Shown: piece by piece, positions 9,962-20,770 of the stretch
How the letters are laid out: each line of letters opens with the position of its first letter
Position numbering within the stretch: position 1 is the first letter of the stretch
Assembly (NCBI GenBank): GCA_040883315.1
Contig: JBFLKU010000008.1
Coordinates: 118,392 to 182,391, forward strand
Source: Eubacteriales bacterium
Lineage (GTDB): Bacteria > Bacillota > Clostridia > Christensenellales > UMGS416
Direction of reading: 5' to 3'
Length of the DNA stretch: 64,000 nt
Notes under the pieces: generated by a model
The model's input: the letters and a program-made list of their open reading frames with translations, nothing else
Databases searched by the model: none
What the model was told of the DNA's origin: nothing
Position numbers and translations under genes: made by a program

Positions 9962-12900
9962 ATGGCAGGTCAGATAGATAGATTTTTTCATGTAGAACAT
10001 TCGGATATACTACAGTATTTTCAGATTGTTGCTGTCGATACATATGAAAAGGACAAAAAAATACACATAAAGACCAATGGCCTTGCAGAAAAGAGCGACA
10101 ATCTGCTGGATAGGCTATCATCATATTTTGAAGAACACATCAAAACATCGCAGATATTGGTGGAATACGAGCAAATAAAGGAGCTGGACATATTGCTTGG
10201 CAATGCCAGTCTATTTTTGGCGAATATAAACCACAATGCAAAAAACTGCGCAAAGCAGATAAAGACACTTAAATTTGCAAATAATAACGGCGTGCTCCAC
10301 GCAAAGTATCATTGGGATATATCAACCGAGCAGGAAAACGCTATTCAAAAGATAATAAAACATATAGCACAGATAGTTGACGCTGAATGCACATTTCAAA
10401 AAGAAGCCAAGACAATATCCAAAACTACAGCTGCACAGCAGAATGAAAAAACAAATAAATCCAGCAGCTATGTTTTCGGAAAGGACACAAAGGCTGAACT
10501 ATGCGAAATAGGGGAGATAACCGAATTAAGCGGTGCTGTGACAATACAGGGTGAAATCACCAGAGTGGAGATTAGAGACCTGAAAGACAATGTATCACAG
10601 GTTTTGAGCATAGATGTTACAGACTACGAAAGCTCCATCACCTGCGAAAAATATCTGCGTGATGCCAAAAAGAAGCAGAAGCAGTATGCATTCTTGCAGG
10701 ATTTGAAAAAAGGACAGCGCGTGAAGGTGCAGGGGCACTGCATGTACAACAAATACAAAAGAGAAAACGTTGTAGAGATAAAGAGCATAGAGATGCTGGA
10801 AAATGAAAAGCTGGTAGACGACGCAGACGAAAAAAGAATAGAGCTGCATCTGCATACCAAAATGAGCACAATGGACGGACTGGTGGACATAAAGGAGCTG
10901 ATTGAGACTGTCAGCCAATATGGACACAGAGCAGTGGGAATAACAGACCACGGAACAGTGCAGTCTTTTCCTGACGCTGCGATTTTGGCAAAGAAAAAGG
11001 GCATAAAGCTTTTATATGGCATTGAGGCATATCTTTTTGATGATACCCAAACGGCACTAACCGGTAAAACTGACATAGGCTTTGACGGCTCTTTTGTGGT
11101 ATTCGATTTGGAGACCACAGGGCTATATGCCGACAGCAACGTGATAATAGAGATAGGCGCAGTAAAGATAGAGAACGGGAAAATAATAGATACATTTTCC
11201 ACCTTCGTAGACCCAAAAAGAAGCATTCCGCAGGAGGTGCAGAAGCTGACGGGGATATCCAACAGCATGGTAGCAGGTGCACCAGCAGAGGATGAGGCAG
11301 TGCCTAAATTTATCGAATTTGCACAGGGCAGTGTTTTGGCTGCACACAATGCAGAATTCGACATGGGGTTTTTGAAGGCTGCATGCAAAAGGCTGGGAAT
11401 TGATGAAGACTTTGCATATGTAGATACTATTCAGATAGCAAAAAGGCTGACTCCCGAAAAGCGTATTTTTAAGCTGGACAAGCTGTGCAAGGACTACAAT
11501 ATAATGCTTAGATCCCACCACAGGGCAAAGGATGACGCAGAGGCAACCGGTCATTTGCTTTTGGAGCTCTTTAAAGGGCTGGAAGAGAAGGAAATAAACA
11601 AAGTAGACCAAATTGATAGCATAAAAAACAAAAACATACAGCCTAGAAATATATATCATGCTGTAATATATGCCAAGAACAAAGCTGGGCTTAAAAACCT
11701 CTATAGGCTAGTATCTATCAGCAATTTGGAATATCTATTCCGCGGCAAGCCCCACATTCCCAAAACAGAGCTGATGAAGATGCGAGAAGGGCTGATACTG
11801 GGCTCAGCATGCGAGGCTGGCGAGCTATACAGGGCAATGGTAGACGGCGAAAAGGAAGAGGCTCTGCTGAATATTGCATCCTTTTATGATTATTTAGAGA
11901 TACAGCCTTTGGGCAACAATAATTTTATGATTGCAGACCAAAGGACAAAAAGAGTGCAGAGCGTAGATGACATAATCAGCCTGAATAAAAAGGTGCTGGA
12001 GATAGGCAGAAAGCTGGGCAAGCCAGTGGTTGCCACGGGCGACGTGCACTTTATGAAAAAACGTGACAGCATATACAGGGCTATTTTGATGTATTCAAAA
12101 GACTTTGACGATGCAGACAATCAAGCACCTCTATTTTATAGAAACACGAAAGAGATGCTGGGAGAGTTTTACTATCTGGATGATAAAACGGCAAAAGAGA
12201 TAGTGGTGGATAATCCTAATGCCATCTGTGACATGATGGAGGACATAGAGCCACTGCCGGAAGAAAAGCTGTACGCTCCTACAATGGAGAATGCAAAAGA
12301 GCAGATAATAGAGATGTCCTACAATACTGCCCACCAAATATACGGCGAGACTCTGCCGGAGATAGTGCAGAAAAGGCTAGATAAAGAGCTTAATTCCATA
12401 ACGGGATACGGATATTCTGTTATGTATTTAATAGCACATAAGTTAGTTAAAAAATCAAACAGCGACGGCTATATTGTTGGCTCACGTGGCTCTGTGGGCT
12501 CGTCTTTTGTTGCCAATTTAACAGGCATAACAGAGGTAGATCCGCTGCCGCCACACTATACCTGCGATATATGCAACCACACGGATTTTGATGTGGATAC
12601 TGCACTATATGGGTGTGGGCCTGATTTGCCGGATAAGACATGCCCAAATTGCAGCAATCAGCTGACAAAGCGAGGCTTTGACATACCATTTGAAGTTTTC
12701 CTAGGATTTAAAGGGGACAAAGTGCCGGATATCGACCTTAACTTTTCCGGCGAAAACCAAGCTACAGCACACAAATACACCGAGGTATTATTCGGTGAAA
12801 AAAATGTTTTCCGCTCTGGCACTATATCCGGAGTGGCAGAAAAGACAGCATATGGCTACGTGATGAAATACATGGAGCACCTGAACAAAGAAGCGACCAA

Positions 12901-14152
12901 GGCAGAAATAAACAGGCTAGTGGCTGGCTGCGTAGGGGTGAGAAGAACCACAGGGCAGCACCCCGGCGGCATAATTGTTGTACCTCATGAATATGACATA
13001 CATGATTTTACGCCTATTCAGTATCCGGCGGACGACAAAGAGTGCGGAACGATAACCACCCACTTCACCTTTAATATGCTGCACGATAGGCTGGTGAAGC
13101 TGGACATACTAGGACACGACGACCCGACCATGCTGCGCATGCTTCAGGAGCTGACGGGGCTGGATCCGCTGACTATACCATTGGATGACAAGGACACTAT
13201 GTCTCTATTTTCCTCTGTAGATAGCCTGAAAGTGAAAAGCGAAGATATATTGGCGGAAATGGGCACATATGGCGTGCCGGAATTTGGCACGGGATTTGTG
13301 CGGGGCATGCTGAAGGACACAATGCCAAAGACTATGGCAGAGCTGGTGCGCATAAGCGGGCTGTCCCACGGCACGGATGTGTGGCTGGGCAATGCGCAGG
13401 AGCTGGTGCGAAGCAAAACAGCAACACTGCTGGAAGCAATATGTACACGTGATGACATAATGCTGGCACTAATCAGATGGGGAATAGACGATAAGATAGC
13501 TTTTGACACCATGGAAAATGTGCGAAAGGGCAGAGGACTGACAGAGCAGATGGAGAGCGCCATGACAGAGGCTAAAGTGCCTGCGTGGTTTATAAACTCC
13601 TGCAAGCTGATAAAATATATGTTCCCAAAGGCACACGCCGCCGCATACGTTATTATGGCATTCAGAATAGCCTACTATAAGGTTCACTATCCGCTGGAAT
13701 ACTATGTGGCATATTTCAGCATAAGAGGAGAGGACTTTGATGCACTGACGATGACATGCACTCATGCAGAGGCAAAGGCAAAGGTGCAGGAGCTGAGGAA
13801 CATGGGTAACGACCTAACAGCCAAAGAAAAAGGTCAGCTTACCGTCTGGGAGATGGTGCTGGAGATGCTGGCTCGTGGATTTGAATTCCTGAATGTGGAC
13901 TTGAAAAAGAGCAAGGCAGATAAATTCCAGATAGTAGACGGCAAAATACTACCTCCGCTGAACAGACTGCCCGGAATCGGCACAACTGCGGCTATTGCAA
14001 TAGAACGTGAAAGAGAAAAAGAAATGTTCAGAACGATAGACGACCTGCAGCAAAGAGCCAGCGTAAATAAATCTGCATTGGAATCCCTAGAGAGTGCAGG
14101 ATGCCTAGAGGGACTTCCTCAGAGCAGTCAGGTTTCGTTTTTCGATTTATAA
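9962..14152 (+). CDS. polC: DNA polymerase III PolC-type (Gram-positive replicative polymerase)
   Basis: About 1396 aa. It has a PHP domain (HLHTKMSTMDG), an inserted DEDD exonuclease (VVFDLETTGL, HNAEFD, HRAKDDA), a Zn finger (CDICNH...CPNC) and a polymerase core (ILGHDDPT). AGGAG 9949-9953 favours ATG 9962 over the tracked GTG 9956. Confidence 0.97.
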   Translation: MAGQIDRFFHVEHSDILQYFQIVAVDTYEKDKKIHIKTNGLAEKSDNLLDRLSSYFEEHIKTSQILVEYEQIKELDILLGNASLFLANINHNAKNCAKQIKTLKFANNNGVLHAKYHWDISTEQENAIQKIIKHIAQIVDAECTFQKEAKTISKTTAAQQNEKTNKSSSYVFGKDTKAELCEIGEITELSGAVTIQGEITRVEIRDLKDNVSQVLSIDVTDYESSITCEKYLRDAKKKQKQYAFLQDLKKGQRVKVQGHCMYNKYKRENVVEIKSIEMLENEKLVDDADEKRIELHLHTKMSTMDGLVDIKELIETVSQYGHRAVGITDHGTVQSFPDAAILAKKKGIKLLYGIEAYLFDDTQTALTGKTDIGFDGSFVVFDLETTGLYADSNVIIEIGAVKIENGKIIDTFSTFVDPKRSIPQEVQKLTGISNSMVAGAPAEDEAVPKFIEFAQGSVLAAHNAEFDMGFLKAACKRLGIDEDFAYVDTIQIAKRLTPEKRIFKLDKLCKDYNIMLRSHHRAKDDAEATGHLLLELFKGLEEKEINKVDQIDSIKNKNIQPRNIYHAVIYAKNKAGLKNLYRLVSISNLEYLFRGKPHIPKTELMKMREGLILGSACEAGELYRAMVDGEKEEALLNIASFYDYLEIQPLGNNNFMIADQRTKRVQSVDDIISLNKKVLEIGRKLGKPVVATGDVHFMKKRDSIYRAILMYSKDFDDADNQAPLFYRNTKEMLGEFYYLDDKTAKEIVVDNPNAICDMMEDIEPLPEEKLYAPTMENAKEQIIEMSYNTAHQIYGETLPEIVQKRLDKELNSITGYGYSVMYLIAHKLVKKSNSDGYIVGSRGSVGSSFVANLTGITEVDPLPPHYTCDICNHTDFDVDTALYGCGPDLPDKTCPNCSNQLTKRGFDIPFEVFLGFKGDKVPDIDLNFSGENQATAHKYTEVLFGEKNVFRSGTISGVAEKTAYGYVMKYMEHLNKEATKAEINRLVAGCVGVRRTTGQHPGGIIVVPHEYDIHDFTPIQYPADDKECGTITTHFTFNMLHDRLVKLDILGHDDPTMLRMLQELTGLDPLTIPLDDKDTMSLFSSVDSLKVKSEDILAEMGTYGVPEFGTGFVRGMLKDTMPKTMAELVRISGLSHGTDVWLGNAQELVRSKTATLLEAICTRDDIMLALIRWGIDDKIAFDTMENVRKGRGLTEQMESAMTEAKVPAWFINSCKLIKYMFPKAHAAAYVIMAFRIAYYKVHYPLEYYVAYFSIRGEDFDALTMTCTHAEAKAKVQELRNMGNDLTAKEKGQLTVWEMVLEMLARGFEFLNVDLKKSKADKFQIVDGKILPPLNRLPGIGTTAAIAIEREREKEMFRTIDDLQQRASVNKSALESLESAGCLEGLPQSSQVSFFDL

Positions 14153-15295
14153 TCAGTCCATAAATTTCATCAATATGGTGTTTTGAATATCCATGCCTTT
14201 TTGGCTTAGTATAAAATGAGTGGAACTTGGCAATATGTATTCTTGAGCTTTCAGTTCTGATAGAATATCAGCATATTTTTCTGCGAAGTTTTCACCTGTA
14301 AAATCATTATAATTTGAGTATTTCATGCCCTCTGCCAGCCTGGTGGAGAGCATTATCATTTCAAAGGCAATTTCATCTTTGGATAAAGCACTTTTTTCAA
14401 CCAGCGGAAGCGTATTAGAGGCTATCGATGAAATATATTCCTGTATGCTGGATGTATTTAGCCAGCGAGTGTCATTATACATGGATGCCGCTGCAACGCC
14501 TACGCCTAGGTAGGGCAGCCTTTGCCAGTATTTTAGATTGTGCCGTGATTCATATCCTTTTTGTGCAAAATTGGATATTTCATATCGCTGATAGCCGAGC
14601 TTATTCATGTATTCACGGGCAGCAACGGACATTTCGTATTCCTGCTCATCAGTCGGCAAACCCACGCTTCCGTTTTCTACGGCGGATTTCAGAGGTGTGC
14701 CATCCTCTAGCTTCAGTGTATACATGCTGATGTGCTTTCCACCGAGACTATGAACCAGCGAAACAGAAGAGAGCAAATCTTCTTTTGTTTCATTTGGAAG
14801 TCCGCTTATTAAATCCGCACTGAAATTATTAATTCCAGCGGATTTTATTTGATTAATGGTTTCTTTGAATTGCGAGATGGTGTGTATTCTGCCTATGGCT
14901 TTCAGCACGCTGTCATTGGCGCACTGCAGCCCAACGGATGCTCTGTTCACGCCCATTTTTTGCATCATTTCAAATAGATGTATATCACCTGTGCCGGGGT
15001 TTATCTCCACGGTGAACTCATCTATATTCGTGCTGAAATTATCATAAATTGATGAAATAATTCTATGCAGATTCTCCTGCGGGATGCAGCTGGGCGTGCC
15101 GCCGCCTATAAAAACGGTGTCAAATGTAATAGCTGAAAATGCAGCCTTGTGCATGGTCATTTCCCTGCACAAGGCTTTTGTGTAGTCGTCTATTAGCCTG
15201 CTGTTTGCGGCAACAGATGCAAAATCGCAGTATGCACACTTGGATATGCAAAAAGGTATGTGCACATACAGCCCGTGTGGTGTATTAGTTGCCAT
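14153..15295 (-). CDS. hemW: Radical SAM heme chaperone HemW / HemN-like oxygen-independent coproporphyrinogen oxidase family
   Basis: 380 aa with HIPFCISKCAYCDF radical-SAM and GGGTPS motifs and a HemN_C-like C-terminus. Confidence 0.85.
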   Translation of the reverse strand: MATNTPHGLYVHIPFCISKCAYCDFASVAANSRLIDDYTKALCREMTMHKAAFSAITFDTVFIGGGTPSCIPQENLHRIISSIYDNFSTNIDEFTVEINPGTGDIHLFEMMQKMGVNRASVGLQCANDSVLKAIGRIHTISQFKETINQIKSAGINNFSADLISGLPNETKEDLLSSVSLVHSLGGKHISMYTLKLEDGTPLKSAVENGSVGLPTDEQEYEMSVAAREYMNKLGYQRYEISNFAQKGYESRHNLKYWQRLPYLGVGVAAASMYNDTRWLNTSSIQEYISSIASNTLPLVEKSALSKDEIAFEMIMLSTRLAEGMKYSNYNDFTGENFAEKYADILSELKAQEYILPSSTHFILSQKGMDIQNTILMKFMD

Positions 15296-16487
15296 TGGCT
15301 TTATCGTATTCTTTCCATAGCTCTTCGTATTGTGCTACCACGGCGTTGTGCTCTGCCAGAGTCCTGCTGAATGCCAGCTCACCGGATTCAGGGTCCTTTG
15401 TGGCGAAGAATAGGTATCCGTCGCTCATAAAGCCCTCATCTGGGTATAGTGCGGCATCAATAGCCTTTTCAGACGGCGAGCATATGGGGCCTGCAGGAAG
15501 CCCAGCATATATATAAGTATTGTATTTGGAGTCTATAGACTTTTCTTCATTAGATAGTTTCAGTTTGTTTGTGCCCAGCACATACTTTATGGTGGCATCA
15601 GATTCCAATTTCATGCCTTTGTTTATGCGGTTGTAGAATACTGCACTCACCTTTGTAAAATCATTGGGGCGTGATTCACGCTCTATAATAGATGCCAATA
15701 TCACAACCTCATCTATAGACATGCCAAGCTCCTGTGCTCTGGCTATTCGTTTGTCGTTGAATACATCTGAAAACTTTGTAAGCATTTTTTTGATGATCGT
15801 TTCAGAGGATGAGCCAACGTATATTTCGTATTTAGCAGGGTATAGGTATCCTTCCAGAAGATACGGCCTATCAGGGTTTTCTGCCTGCGATAATTCATCT
15901 ATAAAGCTGTAGCTTTTATATTCATCAATATTAGAAACTGCCTGCAAAAATGCGTCCACATCTTCTATCACTCCGTCATTCAAAAGCTTTGCAGCCGTTG
16001 TTTTTATGCTGGAGCCTTCAATAATCAAAAATTCTGTCACCTGCATCGGGCCTGTGCCCTCTGCCAGCTGCATCATTATCTCCTGCATGGTCATTGTTTT
16101 GTTCATTGTATATGTGCCAGCCTGCATCTTTTTGCCGTAGCCGGAGAAATCAATGTAGTATTCAAAAACCTTTGCATTGCTGATAAGCCCATTATTATAT
16201 AGTATCTCGGTTATGGAGCTGACGCTTGTTCCCTTGGGTATCTCTATGGATACAGGGGTTATGTCGGTCTCTGATGTGGGCAGCCAGTAGTTATTCAAAA
16301 AATAATCCACGCCAAAATATATTACTGAAAGCACCATAAGAATGGATGCCAGAATAATCAGCCCAGATCGGATGAATTTCCATATGCCGAAAAATATGTT
16401 TCTTTTGCTATAGGTAACGTCGCGATATCCTCCGCCTCGCACGGGGACACGTCTATTTTGGTTTCTATCGTAGTTGTTATTGTTCAC
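15285..16487 (-). CDS. mltG: Endolytic murein transglycosylase MltG (YceG family)
   Basis: It has an N-terminal TM anchor and a YceG core (ILASIIERES, YNTYIYAGLPAGPI). The tracked TTG 16502 is itself part of a GGAGG sequence. The GTG at 16487 lies 8 nt after that GGAGG and is the likelier start. Confidence 0.85.
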   Translation of the reverse strand: MNNNNYDRNQNRRVPVRGGGYRDVTYSKRNIFFGIWKFIRSGLIILASILMVLSVIYFGVDYFLNNYWLPTSETDITPVSIEIPKGTSVSSITEILYNNGLISNAKVFEYYIDFSGYGKKMQAGTYTMNKTMTMQEIMMQLAEGTGPMQVTEFLIIEGSSIKTTAAKLLNDGVIEDVDAFLQAVSNIDEYKSYSFIDELSQAENPDRPYLLEGYLYPAKYEIYVGSSSETIIKKMLTKFSDVFNDKRIARAQELGMSIDEVVILASIIERESRPNDFTKVSAVFYNRINKGMKLESDATIKYVLGTNKLKLSNEEKSIDSKYNTYIYAGLPAGPICSPSEKAIDAALYPDEGFMSDGYLFFATKDPESGELAFSRTLAEHNAVVAQYEELWKEYDKANGN

Positions 16488-16523
16488 TAAAATAACCTCC
16501 AAAGCATGCAGCTTTTTGCTATG

Positions 16524-17510
16524 CTATATTATACCATAAATAATTTGTATAATGAAAAGGAAAAATGGAACTATAGATGAAAGGATAATTCCGCAGGCAA
16601 AGCCAGTGACGGCGTATTGCTTGCCAAGCCCTTTGGTGATGGCCGGCAGAGTGGTGTCCATTGCTGTGGCTCCGCATGCTGCTATGGCGCTTTCTTTGCT
16701 CATCAGGCGTCCTATTAGCGGAACAAAAGCTATTGCTGTAAGCTCCCTTATTAAGTTGGCAGAGAATGCAACTGCACCAAGCTCTGCATTCAGCTTGGAC
16801 AGCACTATTCCGGCTAGGGAATACCAGCCCATAGGGCTGCCTACAGCCAGCGAGAAAATCGCATCATATCCCAGCAGCAGTCCCACAGCCAGTGCCCCAA
16901 CTAGCGAGCCTATAGATACACCCATGCATATTACAACGGTGCTTTTGCCGATGGACAAAAGATGATCTAGCGTCAGCTGGGAAAGACCCATATCTATACC
17001 TATGAAAAACACAAGTGCCATCAATGATCCGTCCACCAGAGTGGATAGCATATTTTCACCTATAATATACCCATTAAAATATCCTAGAATACCGCCTAGA
17101 ACCACCAGCCCCAGAAAAACAAATATCATTAAAATATTATGCTTTTGAGAGCTTTCCTCGTAGTCCACAGAAAAGGGGACGTGGCTGTTCAGCTTTTTGT
17201 TTCTCTTTTTCAGGTGCACTTTTTTGGCTATGGAAATAAAAAGCCACGTAACTAGTGAGCTGCCAAGAAGGGCAGATATGCCAAAGAGCACTGAATGAAT
17301 GCCTATGGTGGAAAACCCAGCTACAAGCTCTTTGTTCGAGCCGATTTTGTATCCCATCATAAAAAGCAGAATAAATATCGAAATATTCTGGCATATGGTT
17401 ATTACTTTGCTGAATTTATTTTGTCTTTGGCTTTGCAGAAATTTGTGAGCAATCTTGCCAATAAGAAAGCCTGATATAATCAGGCCTACTAATATCAATC
17501 CAAATATCAC
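16524..17510 (-). CDS. Polytopic membrane protein, LysO/DUF340-like (putative lysine exporter family)
   Basis: 328 aa with about 9 TM helices and two similar hydrophobic halves separated by a basic loop (KKVHLKKRNKK). GTG start with GGAG upstream. The family call is by resemblance only. Confidence 0.5.
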   Translation of the reverse strand: MIFGLILVGLIISGFLIGKIAHKFLQSQRQNKFSKVITICQNISIFILLFMMGYKIGSNKELVAGFSTIGIHSVLFGISALLGSSLVTWLFISIAKKVHLKKRNKKLNSHVPFSVDYEESSQKHNILMIFVFLGLVVLGGILGYFNGYIIGENMLSTLVDGSLMALVFFIGIDMGLSQLTLDHLLSIGKSTVVICMGVSIGSLVGALAVGLLLGYDAIFSLAVGSPMGWYSLAGIVLSKLNAELGAVAFSANLIRELTAIAFVPLIGRLMSKESAIAACGATAMDTTLPAITKGLGKQYAVTGFACGIILSSIVPFFLFIIQIIYGII

Positions 17511-17513
17511 AGT

Positions 17514-19169
17514 TTAAATCTCCATAAATATCGGCAGAATCATAGGCTTTCTGCCTATTCTATTGTACAAAAATCTTCTCAATTCTTTTCTGATTTTTGA
17601 TTTCATGTCCTGCCACTGCATCATTTCTTTCAGAGATGCATTGTCTATTATCTTCTGCACCAAATCGCGCATATCATCAATTAATTTTTCAGATTCTTTC
17701 ATATATACGAATCCGCGGGATATAATATCTGGCCCTGCGACCAGTACGCCCTCGCTTTTTGATATTGTCAAAACTACGATTATCAGCCCGTCCTGCGATA
17801 GATGCTTTCTGTCTCGCAGCACCACTTCGCCTACGTCGCCGATGCCTAGTCCGTCCACCAGCACTCCGCCGTTTGGCACAGTCTCAGATGCTTTTATGCT
17901 GTCCTCTGTCACGGAATATGCTCGTCCCATTTCTGGTATCATTATGTTTTGGCTGTCCATTCCCATTTTCTGTGCCAGCTGCCCGTGCAGCTTTAGGTGG
18001 CGGTATTCGCCGTGAACAGGCATAAAGAATTTTGGCTTTACAAGTGAATGTATCAGCTTCAGCTCCTCTTGGCATGCGTGCCCTGAGGTATGTATATCCT
18101 CCAGACTGCCGTATTTCACGTCTGCGCCCTTTTTAAATAGCTGGTTAATCAGCCTGTATACCAGCTTTTCGTTGCCGGGGATGGGGCTTGCAGACATCAC
18201 AACTGTGTCGCCGGGCAGCACGCTGATGTGGGAATGGATGCCAGTTGCCATCCGCACCAGTCCGCTCATGTTTTCGCCCTGTGAGCCTGTTGTAATAATG
18301 GTCAGCTTTTCTGGGGTGTAGTTGTTTATCTGTGAAATGTCAATAACATTTTGCGGATTGATTTTCAGCTGGTTTATGCTGGTTGCCACCTCGCTGATAC
18401 GCAGCATTGAGCGGCCAGTGAAGCAAACCTTTCTGCCGAAAAGCTCTGCATTGTCTACTATCTGCTGAAGTCTGTGGATATTGGATGAAAATGTGGACAC
18501 TATTATTCTGCCCTTTGCCTCGTGGAATATTTCCTCCAATGAGCCGCCGACGGTGCTTTCGCTCTCTGTATAGCCTGGGCGTTCCACATTGGTGGAGTCT
18601 GCCAGCATCAGCAATACGCCTTCTTCGCCTAGGCATGCAAACCTGTGCAGGTCTATAAGCTGCCCGTCAATGGGCGTGAAATCCACCTTGAAATCCCCCG
18701 TGTGAATTATTTTGCCCACAGGTGTGTCTATAGCAAACGCTACAGAGCCCTGTATGGAGTGGCTCACCTGAATAGGCTCTATTTCAAAGCAGTCTATTTT
18801 AAATTTCTGTCTGGGCTTAATAATATTAAGCGATACATTGTCTATTCTGTGTTCTTTCAGCTTGGATTCTATCAGCCCTATGGTCAGCTCTGTTCCATAT
18901 ACAGGCACTTTTAGCGACTGTATATAATAAGGGATAGCACCTATGTGGTCTTCGTGGCCGTGGGTGATGATTAATGCTTTTATTTTGTCCTTGTTGTCTT
19001 CTAGGTATGTAATATCCGGGATAACAACGTCTATTCCCAGCATTTCCTCATCCGGGAATGTCATACCCAAGTCTACTACTATCATGTTTTTTCCATACTC
19101 AATAACGGTGCAGTTTTTTCCGATTTCGTCAACTCCACCCAATGGAATGATTTTCAATTTTTTCGCCAT
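17514..19169 (-). CDS. rnj: Ribonuclease J
   Basis: 551 aa with the metallo-beta-lactamase HGHEDHIG motif, a beta-CASP region and an RNase J C-terminal domain. Confidence 0.93.
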   Translation of the reverse strand: MAKKLKIIPLGGVDEIGKNCTVIEYGKNMIVVDLGMTFPDEEMLGIDVVIPDITYLEDNKDKIKALIITHGHEDHIGAIPYYIQSLKVPVYGTELTIGLIESKLKEHRIDNVSLNIIKPRQKFKIDCFEIEPIQVSHSIQGSVAFAIDTPVGKIIHTGDFKVDFTPIDGQLIDLHRFACLGEEGVLLMLADSTNVERPGYTESESTVGGSLEEIFHEAKGRIIVSTFSSNIHRLQQIVDNAELFGRKVCFTGRSMLRISEVATSINQLKINPQNVIDISQINNYTPEKLTIITTGSQGENMSGLVRMATGIHSHISVLPGDTVVMSASPIPGNEKLVYRLINQLFKKGADVKYGSLEDIHTSGHACQEELKLIHSLVKPKFFMPVHGEYRHLKLHGQLAQKMGMDSQNIMIPEMGRAYSVTEDSIKASETVPNGGVLVDGLGIGDVGEVVLRDRKHLSQDGLIIVVLTISKSEGVLVAGPDIISRGFVYMKESEKLIDDMRDLVQKIIDNASLKEMMQWQDMKSKIRKELRRFLYNRIGRKPMILPIFMEI

Positions 19170-19233
19170 TTTTTTCTCCTGTTTTATCTCGACTGCCTAG
19201 GTTTTGCTTTGCCGAAAAAGCTACGCAGCTCAG

Positions 19234-19680
19234 CTACATTAAGAAGCTGAAATATACTACTGCAATAGTTATTCCTAGCAATGCCCCCATCAGCACTTCG
19301 AAGGGCTCATGCCCAATTATCTCCTTTAGTTGTTCTGCATCAAATTCCTTGTGGGTTCTTGCAAAATCTACAAGGTCATTGATTATTTCAGCGTGCTTCC
19401 CGCTTTCCAATCGTACATTTGCAGCATCATACATCACGATCATCGTAAATACAAATGCTATAATGAATATTGGGCTGTCAAAGCCCAAAAATATGCCGCA
19501 TGCTGCTGTTGCTCCCATTGTAGAGGAGCTGTGAGAGGAGGGCATGCCGCCTGCATTGAAAAAGTTTTTAAGCCTGATTTTACCACCAGTAAATATTTTA
19601 AAAAACTGTGCTAAAAACCAAGATGTAAAAGACACCAAAAAAATAGGGTGTTTAAACATTATCCAAAAATTCGAATGCAT
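19234..19680 (-). CDS. Divergent PAP2 / DUF212 (YuiD-like) membrane protein
   Basis: 148 aa with GGMPSSHSS and MYDAANVR motifs characteristic of the acid phosphatase/vanadium-haloperoxidase-related DUF212 family. Confidence 0.8.
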   Translation of the reverse strand: MHSNFWIMFKHPIFLVSFTSWFLAQFFKIFTGGKIRLKNFFNAGGMPSSHSSSTMGATAACGIFLGFDSPIFIIAFVFTMIVMYDAANVRLESGKHAEIINDLVDFARTHKEFDAEQLKEIIGHEPFEVLMGALLGITIAVVYFSFLM

Positions 19681-20574
19681 CTATTTGTTCCTCTCCAAAA
19701 TATAATCTATAAGCAAAGACAAAAATTCGCCTTTTTCACCAAATGTTTTAAGCGGTGATTTTGCTTTCTCGGCAATCTCCTGTGCATATTTCATGCTGCC
19801 ATCCAGCCCCATGTGGCTGACAAAAGTGGATTTTTCCTGTGCCATGTCCTTGCCTATGGTTTTGCCTAATTCTTCCTGACTGCCCACAACATCCAGTATA
19901 TCATCCTTTATCTGAAAAAGCAGACCAAGGTGTTTTGAATATTCCTGTAAGCAATTCATGATATCACTATTGCTGCCTAAAAGCAAGGCAGGGCATATGC
20001 AGCAGGCTTCAAAAAGTGCGCCTGTTTTCATTCTGTGCATACGCTCCAGCTCGTCTTGGCTCTGGAATTTACCCGTGTTTGCAATATCCATTGCCTGACC
20101 ACCTATCATACCATTTGCACCTGATGATGAAAAGAGTTTGCGGACAGCGTTTATATAATTTTCACAATTGTCAGAATCAAGGCAGGACATTGCATTTTCA
20201 AATGCCAGATTCAAAAGTCCGTCGCCAGCCAGCACAGCCATTGCCTCGCCGTATACTTTGTGATTGGTGGGCTTGCCCCTTCGCAGGTCGTCATCATCCA
20301 TTGCCGGCAGGTCATCGTGTATCAGCGAATAGGTGTGCACCAGCTCTATTGATATAGCCAGCGGCATAATCTTTTCTGCATCCAGCCCAATCATCTTTGA
20401 GCATTCTATCATCAGCACAGGGCGAAGCCTTTTCCCCCCGGCATTCAGCGAATATGCCATGGCATCATTTAGCTGCGGGTAGCATTCTATACTGGCTATG
20501 TATTCAGTCAGCTTCTTTTCAAACATTTCTTTTGTGCTTGTGTAGCCTTGCAGAAAAGTATCCATTTTATTCAC
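19681..20574 (-). CDS. ispA: Farnesyl/geranyl-diphosphate synthase (polyprenyl synthetase)
   Basis: 297 aa with a first DDxxD block (HDDLPAMDDDDLRRGK) and a second (IKDDILD). Confidence 0.92.
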   Translation of the reverse strand: MNKMDTFLQGYTSTKEMFEKKLTEYIASIECYPQLNDAMAYSLNAGGKRLRPVLMIECSKMIGLDAEKIMPLAISIELVHTYSLIHDDLPAMDDDDLRRGKPTNHKVYGEAMAVLAGDGLLNLAFENAMSCLDSDNCENYINAVRKLFSSSGANGMIGGQAMDIANTGKFQSQDELERMHRMKTGALFEACCICPALLLGSNSDIMNCLQEYSKHLGLLFQIKDDILDVVGSQEELGKTIGKDMAQEKSTFVSHMGLDGSMKYAQEIAEKAKSPLKTFGEKGEFLSLLIDYILERNK

Positions 20575-20770
20575 TCTCAGCTTTGCTGCCTATTTTCGTT
20601 ATCTTCAGTCTGGCTTCTTCCAGCTCGCTTTGGCACTCCGCCGTAAGTGATGTGCCTTCGTTGTATAGCTTCACGCTTTCATCCAGAGTTGATGAATTGC
20701 TTTCTAATTTTTCGATGATTTCATCGATTTTTGCAATTTTTTGCTCAAAAGTTAGTTTAGCCATTTTCAT
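20567..20770 (-). CDS. xseB: Exodeoxyribonuclease VII small subunit
   Basis: 67 aa and helical (FEQKIAKIDEIIEKLES...LDESVKLYNEG). It overlaps xseA by 4 nt and ispA by 8 nt. Confidence 0.92.
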   Translation of the reverse strand: MKMAKLTFEQKIAKIDEIIEKLESNSSTLDESVKLYNEGTSLTAECQSELEEARLKITKIGSKAESE